A DNA stretch of 64,000 nt from Octopus vulgaris. Lineage: Eukaryota. Shown one piece after another: positions 26,506-39,590 of the stretch. The DNA is taken from positions 116,932,001 through 116,996,000 of the forward strand of contig OX597816.1 of assembly GCA_951406725.2 (NCBI GenBank), written 5' to 3'. The position numbers and the translations under genes are program-made. The notes under the pieces are model-generated. The model did no database searches, was not told the DNA's origin, and saw nothing but the letters and a program-made list of their open reading frames with translations. The number at the start of each line of letters is the position of its first letter. Within the stretch, counting starts at the first letter, position 1.

Positions 26506-26583
26506 ACTGTAGACGCGTTTCGGAGTTACATAGATGTGAAAAATGTACATTTCCACTCTATCATTCTCGCTCTTCAGTACAGT
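26506..26583 (-). ncRNA. Type I minimal hammerhead ribozyme with intact core, inside a Penelope pseudo-LTR-like insert (about 26304-26820)
   Basis: Minus strand ACTGTA-CTGAAGA-G...(long stem II)...C-GAA-ACGCGT-C|TACAGT. It has a 6-bp stem I, the full CUGANGA/GAAA core, G10.1-C11.1, palindromic stem III and a GUC cleavage triplet, followed by AATAAA. Confidence 0.8.
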
Positions 26584-26974
26584 ATTTCAAGATTTTATGT
26601 CGCTTGGTCAGATAAGGTATGTTCAATTTCTTACAGTGCTCTCAAATTTAAAAGTCTTGAAATAGTCAATCAGTTGATCGAACAACTGAATGCTTACAGA
26701 GGTGGGGTGACTGGTTTCTATGCAGTTTCTATCTATCGTATTCCTCTCATTAAGAAGTGAACTTCTTGACAATGCAGAGTGCTCAGATTTATATGCTTGT
26801 TATTCCATTTATACACCTTTGAGATGATATAATATATATTTACCGCATTCTCTCCCATTCTTTTTCTTTATGTGTATATTTCTCACGCTGAGTGTGTGTA
26901 TATTTGCATATGTGTGTGCGTTTGCATGTGTGTGTGTCTGTGTCTGTGTGTGCAAGTGTGTAAGGAATTTCATT

Positions 26975-27511
26975 AGGGCGACAAAGTATCGGCAGTGGGC
27001 TCAGGAGACACCCGAACAGAGAAGGAATAACCTTGATGATATGCGAACACGTGCCTATGTCGCACGGTCTCAGGAGACACCCAAACATAGGATGCCTCAA
27101 TTTGATGAAAGGCACACAAGTTACACGAACTCATGAGATGATGTCCCATTTCTGTTCAAACAACTTCAATTTCCAGTGAATCTGAGTTTTGCTGTGACCA
27201 TCAACAATTCATAAGGGCAAACATCATCATCTACTGGTTTACACCTTGAAGAGCCCTGCTTCCCACATGGTAAGCTTTACACTGCTCAACAGTAAGAATT
27301 AAGAAAAATCCATACGTCTATGCACTACATGTAGAAACAAAAAACACCATTTATCGAGATAATATAAATTGCCCTAAAAAATGCAGAAATCTGTCCTGAT
27401 CAAGAGACTTATCCATCAGGAAAGACATGGACTAACATGAAATTTTAAAAAATTGAAATATAGGGCATTCTATTGTGAAAATTGCCTGGCAACGATGGGC
27501 TACTCAGCTAG
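26975..27511 (+). mobile_element. Helitron deletion derivative (STPR-like repeats joined to PIF1 helicase C-terminus and 3' end)
   Basis: AQETPEQRRNNLDDMRTRAYVARSQETPKHR, then DVPFLFKQLQFPVNLSFAVTINNS*GQT...GLHLEEPCFPHGKLY...TKNTIY; 3' hairpin gcctggcaacgatgggc and CTAG(27508-27511)t. Confidence 0.85.
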
Positions 27512-27553
27512 TGTGTGTGTGTGTTGTGTATGTATGTAAAGGAAAAAATGGGC

Positions 27554-27787
27554 ATTAGTGCACATGGGAATATAACCCATACCTCTTAATTTGGGGATTA
27601 GTATATGTTGGCTGATTACACTTACATATTTACTGCTGTGAAATCATAGATTCCATTAAATTTAGAAGCTATGATTTCATAGCGGTAAATATGTAAGCAT
27701 GATCATATTCTGTGAATTAGGAAACAACAGTTCCTACACATACTAATTTCTATTTTTTAACCATTACTGGGGGTTGTGTGCCCTAAT
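27554..27787. mobile_element. Foldback MITE-like inverted repeat
   Basis: cttacatatttactgctgtgaaatcatag / ctatgatttcatagcggtaaatatgtaag, plus outer arms attagtatatgt/acacatactaat and attagtgcaca/tgtgccctaat. Confidence 0.65.
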
Positions 27788-27814
27788 ATTGGAATATTTT
27801 CGATAGTCAATATA

Positions 27815-27995
27815 TGTTGAAGGCAATGTTTCTACAGCAGGATGCCCTTCCTAAAGCCAACCACTCCGAGAGTGTAATGGGTGCTTTTTACGTGCCACTG
27901 GTACAGGTGCCAGTTAGGCGACCCTGGCATTCATCACATTCAGATAGTGCTTTTTACATGCCACTGGCACGGGATCCAGTCAGGGGGCACTGGCA
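27815..27995 (-). mobile_element. RTE 3'-tail repeat (family C) fragment with 2 motif units
   Basis: gatgcccttcctaaagccaaccactccgagagtgtaatgggtgctttttacgtgccac, reverse complement of the 57360-57430 module. Confidence 0.8.
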
Positions 27996-28789
27996 AGGAG
28001 AAAGGTATAAGAATGATCAAGCTTCTTATGGCAGACAGTATAATTGGGAAACTTTAGTTGAGAAAATTCTTTTTACCCTTAAAAAGATTAAGAACATGGC
28101 AAAATATATGTGCATAGTCTTCTGTATACATCAGTAAATGTGTGCGTATGTATATACATATTTATACATAATATATGTCTATATATATATATATATATTA
28201 CATTACAATGGAAATACATATAAGCATTTATAACCTCTTAGGTGTTAGGATTCACAATAAGGATTTCTTTCCATCATAAATATATACATATATATATATA
28301 CACATACACACACATATGTACACACACATACATATATATATATACACACACATACATATATATTTATATATATATAAAAACATAAATATATCAACTTCTA
28401 TGTATATATATAAAGATGTATATATAAAGACAGACATATATATATATGTATATGCCCAACTTGTATAATGTTATATTTCCATTGATAAAAATATATATTG
28501 TACTTTAATATGCATTTAGAGTTAATTTGCCGATTACAGCCTGGCTATCATGATTATATTTAAGTTGACATTTATATTTTATATCCAACCTGGAGCACAA
28601 ACCATAATGGGTGGCTTCAGTTTGTTTTATATTTTCTTCATATCATATATTTTTCATTTAGAATAAATTTCTATATATTTTGGTTTTTATTAATATAAAT
28701 TTAACTTGATAACAAGTTTCTGCAGAATATTTTTTTATTTTTATTAACGTATGTTGATTATATCATAATCAGATTTTAATAGAGCTAAT

Positions 28790-28796
28790 ATATATT

Positions 28797-28870
<74 letters not shown>

Positions 28871-28991
28871 ATATATATTCATATATATATATACATATAT
28901 ATACATATATATATACATATATATATACATATATATGCATATATATATACACATATACATATATATATATATATACATATATGTATGTATG

Positions 28992-29062
<71 letters not shown>

Positions 29063-29192
29063 ATGTATATTCTCTTGTGTGTGTGTGTGTGTGTGTGTTA
29101 GCGTTTACATATCTATGTACATACATGTATGTGCATGTGTGTCTGTGTGGGTCTGCACAGCTAACCATAATATACATAAAGTTATCCATATG

Positions 29193-29230
<38 letters not shown>
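28790..29230. repeat. Compound (TA)n/(TG)n/(CA)n microsatellite block
   Basis: Directly visible. Confidence 0.95.
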
Positions 29231-29231
<1 letters not shown>

Positions 29232-29475
29232 TCCTTCATTCAACCAAAACCCAGAGCTAAACCAAATATTTTAGCCCAGTAATTGACAAAAACTATAAAA
29301 CACAATAAACTTTCCAGAAATAAAATCAATTATTTTTTTATGTGTGTGATTATGTATGTGTGTGAATATATGTGTGTCTGTCTTGCTTTTTCTTCAAATA
29401 AATATAACTTTTCTGGAGAAAAATTGGACAATGATATTAATGTTATAGGAACACCACATTGATAATATATTAAAG

Positions 29476-29522
<47 letters not shown>

Positions 29523-29706
29523 TATGTATATATACATATATGATATATAGATATATTATAAATCTGCATATGTAGCACATATATATGTATACATGTACTA
29601 CATATATATATATGTGTGTGTGTGTTTGTGTGTATGTATGTGTATATATATATAGATAGATAGATAGATATACATACAACACACTTATATATACCTGCAT
29701 ACATCC

Positions 29707-29741
<35 letters not shown>

Positions 29742-31199
29742 ATATAGAGAGGGAGTGAGTGAAAGAAAGAGAATGATAGAGTGCACATATATTATTACTT
29801 ATGTGATATATTTATATATCCACACACACACACACACATACAGAGAGCAAGAAAAAAGCGAATAAAAGAGAGACACACACAAACACATGCAATGTTTCTT
29901 CTCCATTCTTTTTAAATTACTAACTATATGTTCATCAAGAAATAATCATCCATTATGACACCATCATCAAATGCCCCCTCCATCACCTGCCTCAACAAAC
30001 ACAATTCCTTCATTCTCTGTTATTTTATCAACTTTGGCCAAAAGCCAAACGGTTCGCTGATGCTGATCCAATTTCATTGCCCACGTTTTTCCTCATATAA
30101 AGATATATTTAATTACAGTTCCAATCCAATATTGACTGTGCTATCAGTGAAAATATATTTTCAATGAAACAATGAAAGAAATAAAACAATATAGGAGTAA
30201 ATTTTAAATTAAAATTTTGAAAAAGAGAAAAAAAATCTGAAATTGAAAATAAAAATAATATGTATTATCACTTATAAAAATGCTATCACCGCTATTTATG
30301 TGAGTATGTACATATGCATTAGTGTGTGTTTGTGTTTGTGTTTGTGTATGTGTGTGATGTGCATGCATGAGTGTGTGTGTGTGTGTGTGTGCATAAGAGA
30401 GAGAGAGAGCAGATATGTGTTAACACTAACTAGACAAAATATTGATGATAAATAAAAGTGGGAGAAGGAAGAGGTGGAGAAGTGTGGAGAGGGATAGAAA
30501 AAGAGAAAAGGGGAGGAGAAGCGTGAGTTGAGGATGATGATGCTGGTGATGATGATTATGGTGATGAAGATGTGGATGAAGAGGATGATGTGATTATGAC
30601 AACAATGACAACAACCACGACACTGATGAAAATGATAACTACAACACTATTAACAACAACAATGATAATATGATAAAGATGATGGTGATAATAATAATGG
30701 TGGTGAGTTAAGAAAACCAAGAAGTGATGTAGACAAATGAACCAAACCTCATAGACTACTGGTATTTAATTTATTGGTTCAATCCCCCTAAAGAAAGCTG
30801 ATCTGAATTGTGAACACATGCATAAGTCAGAAAACGACTACAATAATGAATTATTCCAATTCACATGTAGCATCAGTCGTAGAGAAGTGATGGAATTAAA
30901 AAGCTATGTCTGAAATTGTATCCTGTATATTTTAAAAGGACTAAAATGATATTTATCATTAAGTTATTTCTAATAAAACTCTTTATGTGTACTAATTATG
31001 CATTGAATATATTAATACTAACTTATTAAGATATGTTTTAATTGACAATGCTCATGATGACCAATTCTTAGTAAGAATCTCCTAATACCATCCTGCGATT
31101 TTAGTGGAAACATTTACATCATTGTTGCTGCAGCTATTGCTGTTGTTGTTGTGGTCATCGTCATCTTTGATACTTGGTTGAAGAAATGATTGTCGCCAT

Positions 31200-32560
31200 T
31201 GAACCTTGGTCAAAGAATGGATTGTCATCAAACTTGGTGACAATCTTCTCTTCAACCACCATGTAGCAGTTTGCCTGCCAATCCAGCCCAGCCTTTTTTC
31301 CACAGAAGAGCTTCAAATACTTAAAAACAATTAAAAAATAACAGCCATCATCTAGAAAAGTCCACTGTCCTGCAAACATCTGTAGGACATCTGTAATGAA
31401 ACTGTCAAATATTCCACTTTCAATGTAAAGTAATTTTTACCTGTCTCAGAATTACAGAGGATTTACACTCTCATCTCTAGTTTAAAAACATCGACAACTC
31501 TATGCTCTTTAATATAATTTCATCACATATTGATCCCATCCTACAGTGAAACCAAAATAGCTTCCACAAAAGCCAATCAACATTACCACAGATCTTTGCC
31601 TTTAGATGAGTCACAAAAGAACTCAAGATATCAAACAACTAGCACTAATTGTATTTGTGGATATCTTCAAGACATTTGATAGTTTCAACAGAAAGGCCAT
31701 GATTCTTTTCCTGTGAATCTATAGTATTCCAGATCAGATTGTTGAAGCCATCACTATCATGTGCAAAAATTCAAGCTTTGTGAAAAGCACTGATAGTGCA
31801 ACTATACAATTTCCAATAACAGTAGGGATGTTTCAAGGTGACACCCTGGTTCCTTTTCCATTTGTGATTGTAGTCAATTACACCCTTAAGTAAAATGTTG
31901 ATTCAATCTGAGACAAATACCTCACTACAAACAAATTTAGTCTGTTTTCAATGCAAAGAAGTCTTCATACATGATCATCAGTGAAGATGAAAGCCACAAA
32001 ACAATGTGTTCTAATGATGGTTCACAACTGAAAGAGAACAGTAACCTCAAATTCCTGAGAAAAAGAAAGACTTTATGTCATACAAGGAACAAGACTGGAA
32101 TGCCAGTAAAAAAAAGGTCCAAAGCTTCTGGAAATTGAGTATTTGAAATCAGCAAGGCCAGCCTTCTTCAGAATATATGTAGAAAGTATTCTTCTCTATG
32201 GAACCAAAACCTGAGCTGTGATGTAGGAGCTTCAAGACCATTTCCATGGTAAGTATGCCAGGAGGCATGAGAGCTCAAAATATTTCATGGCCTGAGCACA
32301 AGACAAAAACAGAGGTTTATGAACACAACACACCAATCACAATTGTTACTCAATAAAAGATGGACTTTACTGGTCACTGCTACCATGCTGAACAACGCAC
32401 CGTGTTTGATGTTACATTTTGGAGATTTCTGCACCTTGATAGAAGATGAAGACCACTCATCTACGTTGATGTTATGTACAGAAACGCACAATATGAAATT
32501 GAGGATCTGCCAGAGCTAAAGCAGTAGGGAGAGAGATTCCTGACACATCATTGAGAGATC
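31200..32560 (+). mobile_element. Degenerate RTEX/RTE-type LINE reverse transcriptase
   Basis: NYRGFTL, HIDPILQ*NQNSF, IVFVDIFKTFDS, GMFQGDTLVPFPFVIVVNY, ESILLYGTKT*, with many stops and frameshifts. Confidence 0.8.
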
Positions 32561-32984
32561 ATCTCAGTTGCAGCTGCTTGAAGAAGTTTACCCTTCCAGG
32601 AATTTGAATCTAGAGAGTGAAATGCTAAATTAGTTAGATCCAATTTCAGTAAAGATCCAATTTCAACATTCTACTATCATTGCACTGACTATGTCCACCA
32701 CCTTTTGGACTGATAATGTTAATGCTATTCTTTAGCCACAAGTCAACCCTTGTCAAGCAGACCTATAATCAAAGGCAATCAAGACATGGCCATCTCTTCT
32801 CACTATGCCATCACCTAATATAAAACAGTTAGGTATTAAATTATGGCAATTTGGCTGCTTACCTCAAATGACTAAGTACAGGCCACCTTGTTGGTTCAGT
32901 AGACAACCTAATGTAGACAACCTACATTAACATTTTGAAATAAGGTACTTAAGCAATGATTATATGAACATTATACTATGCATA

Positions 32985-33225
32985 TATGAAACTTAGCCAA
33001 TGGCTTCATGAAATATAGACAGTAGATATGTCAGATTTAGACCATGAGTATGTTGAACTTAGACTATGAATATATTAAACTTCAACCATGAATACATTAA
33101 ACTTAAACTATGAAAAAATAAAATTTATCCTGTAAATATATCAAACTTAGACACATAAGAAACTTAGTGAATACATGAAATATATCCAATGAATATATCA
33201 AATTTAGACTGTGAATAAATGAATA
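32985..33225. repeat. Degenerate ~22-bp minisatellite (aaacttagactatgaatatatt)
   Basis: About 8 diverged units visible. Confidence 0.7.
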
Positions 33226-33781
33226 CGTCTGTGAAAGTACCAGTTGTAAAATTATGTATAAATAAAAGTGGAAATTTTACAGTGGAAATATATGATTTAA
33301 ATAGTTAAATAGTGGGAAAAGAAAATAAGAAAAAAATTTCATAGGTAACTTGATTGTAATTTTCGTGGTAGGTGGTTAAAAGAAAATATTTTTAAAAAAC
33401 CATATGCACCCACATGTAAACATATACACACACAAATATATAAACATAAATACACACACACATAAATATACACATGCATACAAGCATACAAACCATCACT
33501 GCAATGAAATCGCAGTGTGAAATCACAGTTCCATAGGAGCATATAGCAAGAGAAATAACGGGGTGCACTTATTGGTAACAAGCATGTCTGTCTCCTCTAA
33601 GGAAAACAGTAAACTGACATTCCAACAATGAAACATCAAAACTAACTGCCGTAACTTAATTAAAGCCATTGTTCCTTAATATCACATCTTTAAAACCTAC
33701 ATTGAAAACAAATCATTCTTCTTCTTTTCCTTTTATTTCTTCTTCTTCTTGTCCTTGTTGTTTTGTTCTTACATGTTTGTG

Positions 33782-33824
<43 letters not shown>

Positions 33825-34896
33825 TTGTACTTGTGTGTGTGTGTTTGTACTTGTGTGTGTGTGTGTGTCTGTTTCAGTTTCTTGTTTATTTTCATTGTTG
33901 TAATTGTCATAATTGTTTTTTGTTTGTTATTATTTTCATTATGTTTTTTTCTTTGTTGTTAATTTTTGTTTTGCTATGTTTTGTTGTTTTTTTTCTTTTT
34001 TGTTGTTGTTGTTTTTTTGTTGTTTTTTTTTTTTTTTACTTCTATTCGCTAAGAGAATTATGATTCTGAAATTATAGCTCTCAGATGCAAAATATTCTCT
34101 GAAAGTAAGCATTCATGTTTACAATATACCTATCAATGAATAGGGACTCTATTTAATCAAGAAGAAAGATTGTTTATTTTCATTCAATCATCATTCACCA
34201 ACGATGTCTACATGTACAATAAGTCTATTTTCATTCTCAATTAGCCAAAAATTCAATAGAATTCTTCTATTCTTTAGATTTTCAAGAAATTAGGTCAATA
34301 TGGCATAAACAATATCAACATTTTTACATAAATTGTTTTATCTTCCCATCTGAATATGAATTTCAAACCACAGAGAGTTTATTTATTTATTTATTTATTC
34401 ATTCATTAAGTTCAAACTATATTATCTATGTTTGTTATGTTATGCTATTTGCTTTTCAGTTGTGTTTTTTTTAATGTTGATTAATCTTTTTTTTTTTAGG
34501 TTTTCTTTGTATGTGTGTGTGTATGTCTATATGTATTTAATTTTCTATTATCTTATATGGTTTTCAGTATCAGATTTTGGTAGAACATTTTTCTCGTTTA
34601 CGTTCAATTTTATAATTACTTTTCATTCATCTTGTTCGTGCAGAAGTAATCCTGTCATTACATATCACAACAGGTACAAACGGAGAGAATTTTATATTAT
34701 TACACCTCGTATGGGAACAGTTCTATGAAGTCACCAATATTTCCAGCATTCATATATAACTCAAACATATACATACATACACCACACACATATATATATA
34801 CATACAGATATATATATATATATACATACACATGTATATTTTAGTATATATATATATATATATACACAAGTATATATATATATGTATGTACATATA

Positions 34897-34940
<44 letters not shown>

Positions 34941-35075
34941 CATACATGTAAAGAGGGAAAATAATTCTTCAAAAGAGAGGTAAATATATATATATATATA
35001 TGTATGTATATGTATATTTGCACTCATATTTATACAAGTGTGTATGTACATGTATGTATATGCCTAAATATATAT

Positions 35076-35077
<2 letters not shown>

Positions 35078-35169
<92 letters not shown>

Positions 35170-35226
35170 GGATGGATAGATGGATGGATGGATGGATGGA
35201 TGGATGGATGGATGGATGGATAGATG

Positions 35227-35287
<61 letters not shown>

Positions 35288-35295
35288 TTAGATAG
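35078..35295. repeat. (GATA)n/(GATG)n microsatellite
   Basis: Directly visible. Confidence 0.95.
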
Positions 35296-35699
35296 ATGTA
35301 CTTGTTTTCAGACAAGATAAGCATCCATACATATATACATGCATACATGCATGCATACATGCATATACATATACGGTGTTTTATATGTGTATGGGTAGTG
35401 TTATGTAAGTATATAACACCATCTCACATCAAATTACTTGCCAGACAAGTGTATCATCAATCAATCAATCAATATGTGTGTGTGTATTATATTATGTTAT
35501 ATGAATTATATTGTATTATATGTATTAGATCTTATTATATATATATATCATATTATATATATATATATATATTATATTACATTATATCTTATATTGTACT
35601 TTATATATATATATATATATATACACACACATATAATAGAGTTTTTGAAGTGATGTACAGATATTGTACATATTTATATATATACACATACACATATGA

Positions 35700-35738
<39 letters not shown>

Positions 35739-35885
35739 CACACATATATGCATATATATATATATATATGCAGATATATATATACACATAAATATATATA
35801 CACACGCTATATATCTATATGCATTATATATACATACATATATATGTATATACACACATACACACAACATATATGCTTATGTATA

Positions 35886-35935
<50 letters not shown>

Positions 35936-36295
35936 TACACACATAAGCATGTTTATATATATATATGCAAATGTATACACACATATAGTATATATGTATA
36001 CATGCATATATATGCTACAAATACATATGCAAACGAATACATAGATACATGCATGTACATATAGATTTCATATATAATTATACAGATGAATGAAGGTAAT
36101 GGCAAAAGAAAGACAAAACTGATAGATAAATTCAAACCCATACGAGATGGGGCTGAATATATTTATATTCTTTTTTTCATCATTGTATCTGAGTAAGAAA
36201 TATAATGATAATGTACCAAACATATATATCTTCATATATTCTTGTAATAATTAATTACACGAACACAATAAGCTGTATATGTGGTCTACATACCA

Positions 36296-36367
<72 letters not shown>

Positions 36368-36646
36368 CCAAGTATATGGAGAGTAATACCTCAGCTCTTG
36401 TCCCTGTATAATCTTACTCAGAGACGTTCACAAACACTTATACAAACGCACTCAACATATGTAGCAAGCATGTTTTTGTGTTTTTGTGCCTGGAATCATG
36501 AACATCAAACACAATTTTGGATACTTGCATGTGCATGTGAATATGTATATATGGTCATACACACACATACATATATATATATACATATGCATATATGCAT
36601 ACACACTCATGCGCACATATATACAATTATATATATATATAAATAC

Positions 36647-36686
<40 letters not shown>

Positions 36687-36882
36687 CACAAACAATGAAG
36701 TGTTTGAAACTTTCCACCATTGCAATTGAATGTCTTCAGTGGTCCATCTGTAAATGGCATCAAGGTCCTTCTGTAAGTTTTTTACATTACATCATCAGAA
36801 CTCTTCAATTCCTTTGATGTTTTGGTCTCATTAGCAGAACTACTAACAGTGACTGTTCTAATAATTATGTGTATGTATAGGC

Positions 36883-36934
<52 letters not shown>

Positions 36935-37046
36935 GTCTGTCTATTGATCTATTTTTCTATCTATCTATCTATCTATCTACTTATCTATCTATCTACTTAT
37001 CTATCTATCTACTTATCTATATATCTATCTATCTATCTATCTATCT

Positions 37047-37094
<48 letters not shown>

Positions 37095-37899
37095 GCACAC
37101 ACACACACACCTTCATGAGTCTGTGAGATTATATGTATTTATGTATATGCATCTATTTTCCACTCATACATGTATGATACATGCATTTTCATATACACAC
37201 ACACATACACATGCACACATATATATGTGTATATATGTATGTACATATATATATATATGTGTGTGAGTGTGGGGGTGGGGTTGTGGGGGGTGTCTGTGTC
37301 TGTGTGTCTGTGTGTGTGTGTGTGTGTGTGCGCGCACACACGCACAAATACAAACACAACTGGACAGGCAGAGGGGAGAAAAGGAATGACAACCAAGTAA
37401 AAATTTACAATTGGTAAATGTATCAGTGTCAGAAATCGCAAACCAAAAGGTTGACAGTTCAGATCCCATGTATTTTGGGTGCTGCTTTGTGTCCATAACT
37501 GAACCGCTTGACACATGTTGATTCTGTTGCTGTAGTAACATACTGCTGCTGCCATTATTGCTGTTGCTGTTGTTGCTTTACCTTATACCAACCTAGATCA
37601 AGTAGACCTTTGTTCAAATTGATTTCGGCCATGACATTCGTATTATCTCATGGATATATATATATAGGACTACATAGTCTAATGAGTTATTTTATTATTT
37701 AAGAGTGTATGGTAGGATTTGTTGAATATTTGACTACTCTTTCTAGCAGGTCAGATGACAACTAGTGGCACCCTCTAAGTACCATACCTAGCTGCCACAG
37801 TTTTCTGTAAAGAGCTGGTACAATGACTTATTAGCAAGTATTTAGTGTGTTCTGCTGGAGACAAGCTAGGGCAACTGCTGTGCTGATGATGCTTATTGA

Positions 37900-38320
37900 G
37901 CTAGAGACATGTGTCATTCTTCCTTTATGGTGATGATGTTCATGACTCTGTAGAACAATTCTTGCATAGAAGAGTCAATGGCATTGACTGCTTGATAATG
38001 TTAGTGAAGGACAAGGTTGATTTTGTCGAGCCTTTCTCTCATGTTGTTTAATTCCTTCCTTTTCTCTTCTGGTGGCCTGGAAGTATTTGGTTCCAATGGT
38101 AACGGAACGCTGCCACTTAGTACAGAATTGGGCTTGTACTCCAAGCAACTTAGGCTCAATTCCAGTAGCTTTCGGTGTTACTCTGAGTTAGTCTTTGTAT
38201 CTTCAAAGAGGGCAAACCTGTAGACTTTTCCCCAAAGTGAGCTCACCAAATAAGACTTGGCATAGGAACCTTGACTCTTCCATTCTTGATTCCTGGTACT
38301 GACCATTGAAGGCAGTGCTT
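37900..38320 (-). mobile_element. RTE-clade LINE 3' coding end, degenerate
   Basis: RMEESRFLCQVLFGELTLGK...RYKD*LR...KWQRSV...RKARQ...CH*LFYARIVLQSH resembles RM...RLPK..LYGEL..GKR...RFKD...C..C...FRARIGL.SH. Confidence 0.75.
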
Positions 38321-38439
38321 CATAAACAAACTAGCTGCACATAATGTATGTGCTTTACTTATATTCCAAATTTGCCTTGTATGTGTGACCAATAATGTTT
38401 ACAGTAATAGAGCTGCTTTTAATTCATGATATTCTTTCT

Positions 38440-38825
38440 TTGTTTTCCTTGTACTTGTTTCAGTCATTTGACTGTGGCCATGCTGGATCACTACCTTTAG
38501 TCGAGCAAATTGACCCTTGGACTTATTCTTTTAAGCCCAGTACTTATTCTATTGGTCTCTTTTGCCAAACCGCTAAGTTATGGGGATGTAAACACACCAG
38601 GATCGGTTGTCAAGTGATGCTGGGATGACAAACACACACGCACAAACATATACATATGTACAATGGGCTTCTTTCATTTTCCGTCTAATAAATCCACTCA
38701 CAAGGCTTTGGTCAGCCCAAGGCTACAGTAGAAGACATTTACTCAAGGTGCCACACAGTGGGACTGAACGCAGAACCATGTGATTGGTAAGCAAGCTACT
38801 TACCACGCAGCCACCCCTGTGCCTA
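38440..38825 (-). mobile_element. SINE family A, full copy with CpG decay
   Basis: Reverse complement of 21111-21530 with many CG to TG/CA changes. Confidence 0.9.
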
Positions 38826-39199
38826 TATATATATTTATTTGTATATATATATGCGTGTGTGTGTGTGTAATCTATATAGTAGATAAATAAGCAGGGCAAA
38901 TTAAGCTATTTCTCTGAAGATTGATAAAAATTATCAACCACCTTTAATTGCCATTAAAACCCTATCAGGGATGCCTACAATAATTTGAGCAATCCAAAAG
39001 AAACAAGCAGCCAGTCTGTTAATATATTTAACCAATCCAGAAGCTCCAGAAAACTGGAGCTAGTTATTTGCATACAGTGTTTCACATTTTATTTAACATC
39101 AGGAGTCTGTCAACAGCGATCTCAGTCCACACAGTATCAATGTATGATATAGTATATGTAACCTATATAGTAGATATATAAACAGGAAATATATATGCA

Positions 39200-39590
39200 T
39201 ATCAAAATCAAAATCAAATTTGATGACTGGCATCCGTGCTAGTGGAGCACTAAGAGCATGATCGTTGCCAGAGCAACAAGCTAGCCTCCGTGCCAATGAC
39301 ACATAAAAAGCACCATTCGAGCGTAATCGCTACCTGCATCACCTTACTGGCACTTGTGCTGGTGGCACGTGAAAAAACATTCGAGCGAGGTCGTTGCCAG
39401 TGCCGGTGGCACATAAAAGCACCCACTACACTCTCGGAGTGGTTGGCATTAGGAAGGGCATCCAGCTGTAGAAACTCTGCCAGATCAGATTGGAGTCAGG
39501 TTCAGCCATCTGGTTCACCAGACCTCAGTCAAATTGTCCAACCCATGCTAGCATGGAAGTGGACGTTAAACGATGATGATGATGATGTAT
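39200..39590 (+). mobile_element. RTE 3'-tail repeat (family C) with 3-4 motif units
   Basis: gtgccggtggcacataaaagcacccactacactctcggagtggttggcattaggaagggcatccagctgtagaaac...ggacgttaaac(gat)n. Confidence 0.85.

Noticed and set aside
31161-31379. Minus-strand 72-aa ORF as a host exon
   Set aside because: It appears antisense to the upstream part of the degenerate RTEX-like LINE and has no recognisable homology.
34644-34673. 30-nt microexon (SNPVITYHN)
   Set aside because: Weak donor (gtacaa) and no supporting context.
38017-38223. Plus-strand 68-aa ORF
   Set aside because: It is antisense to an RTE C-terminal remnant.
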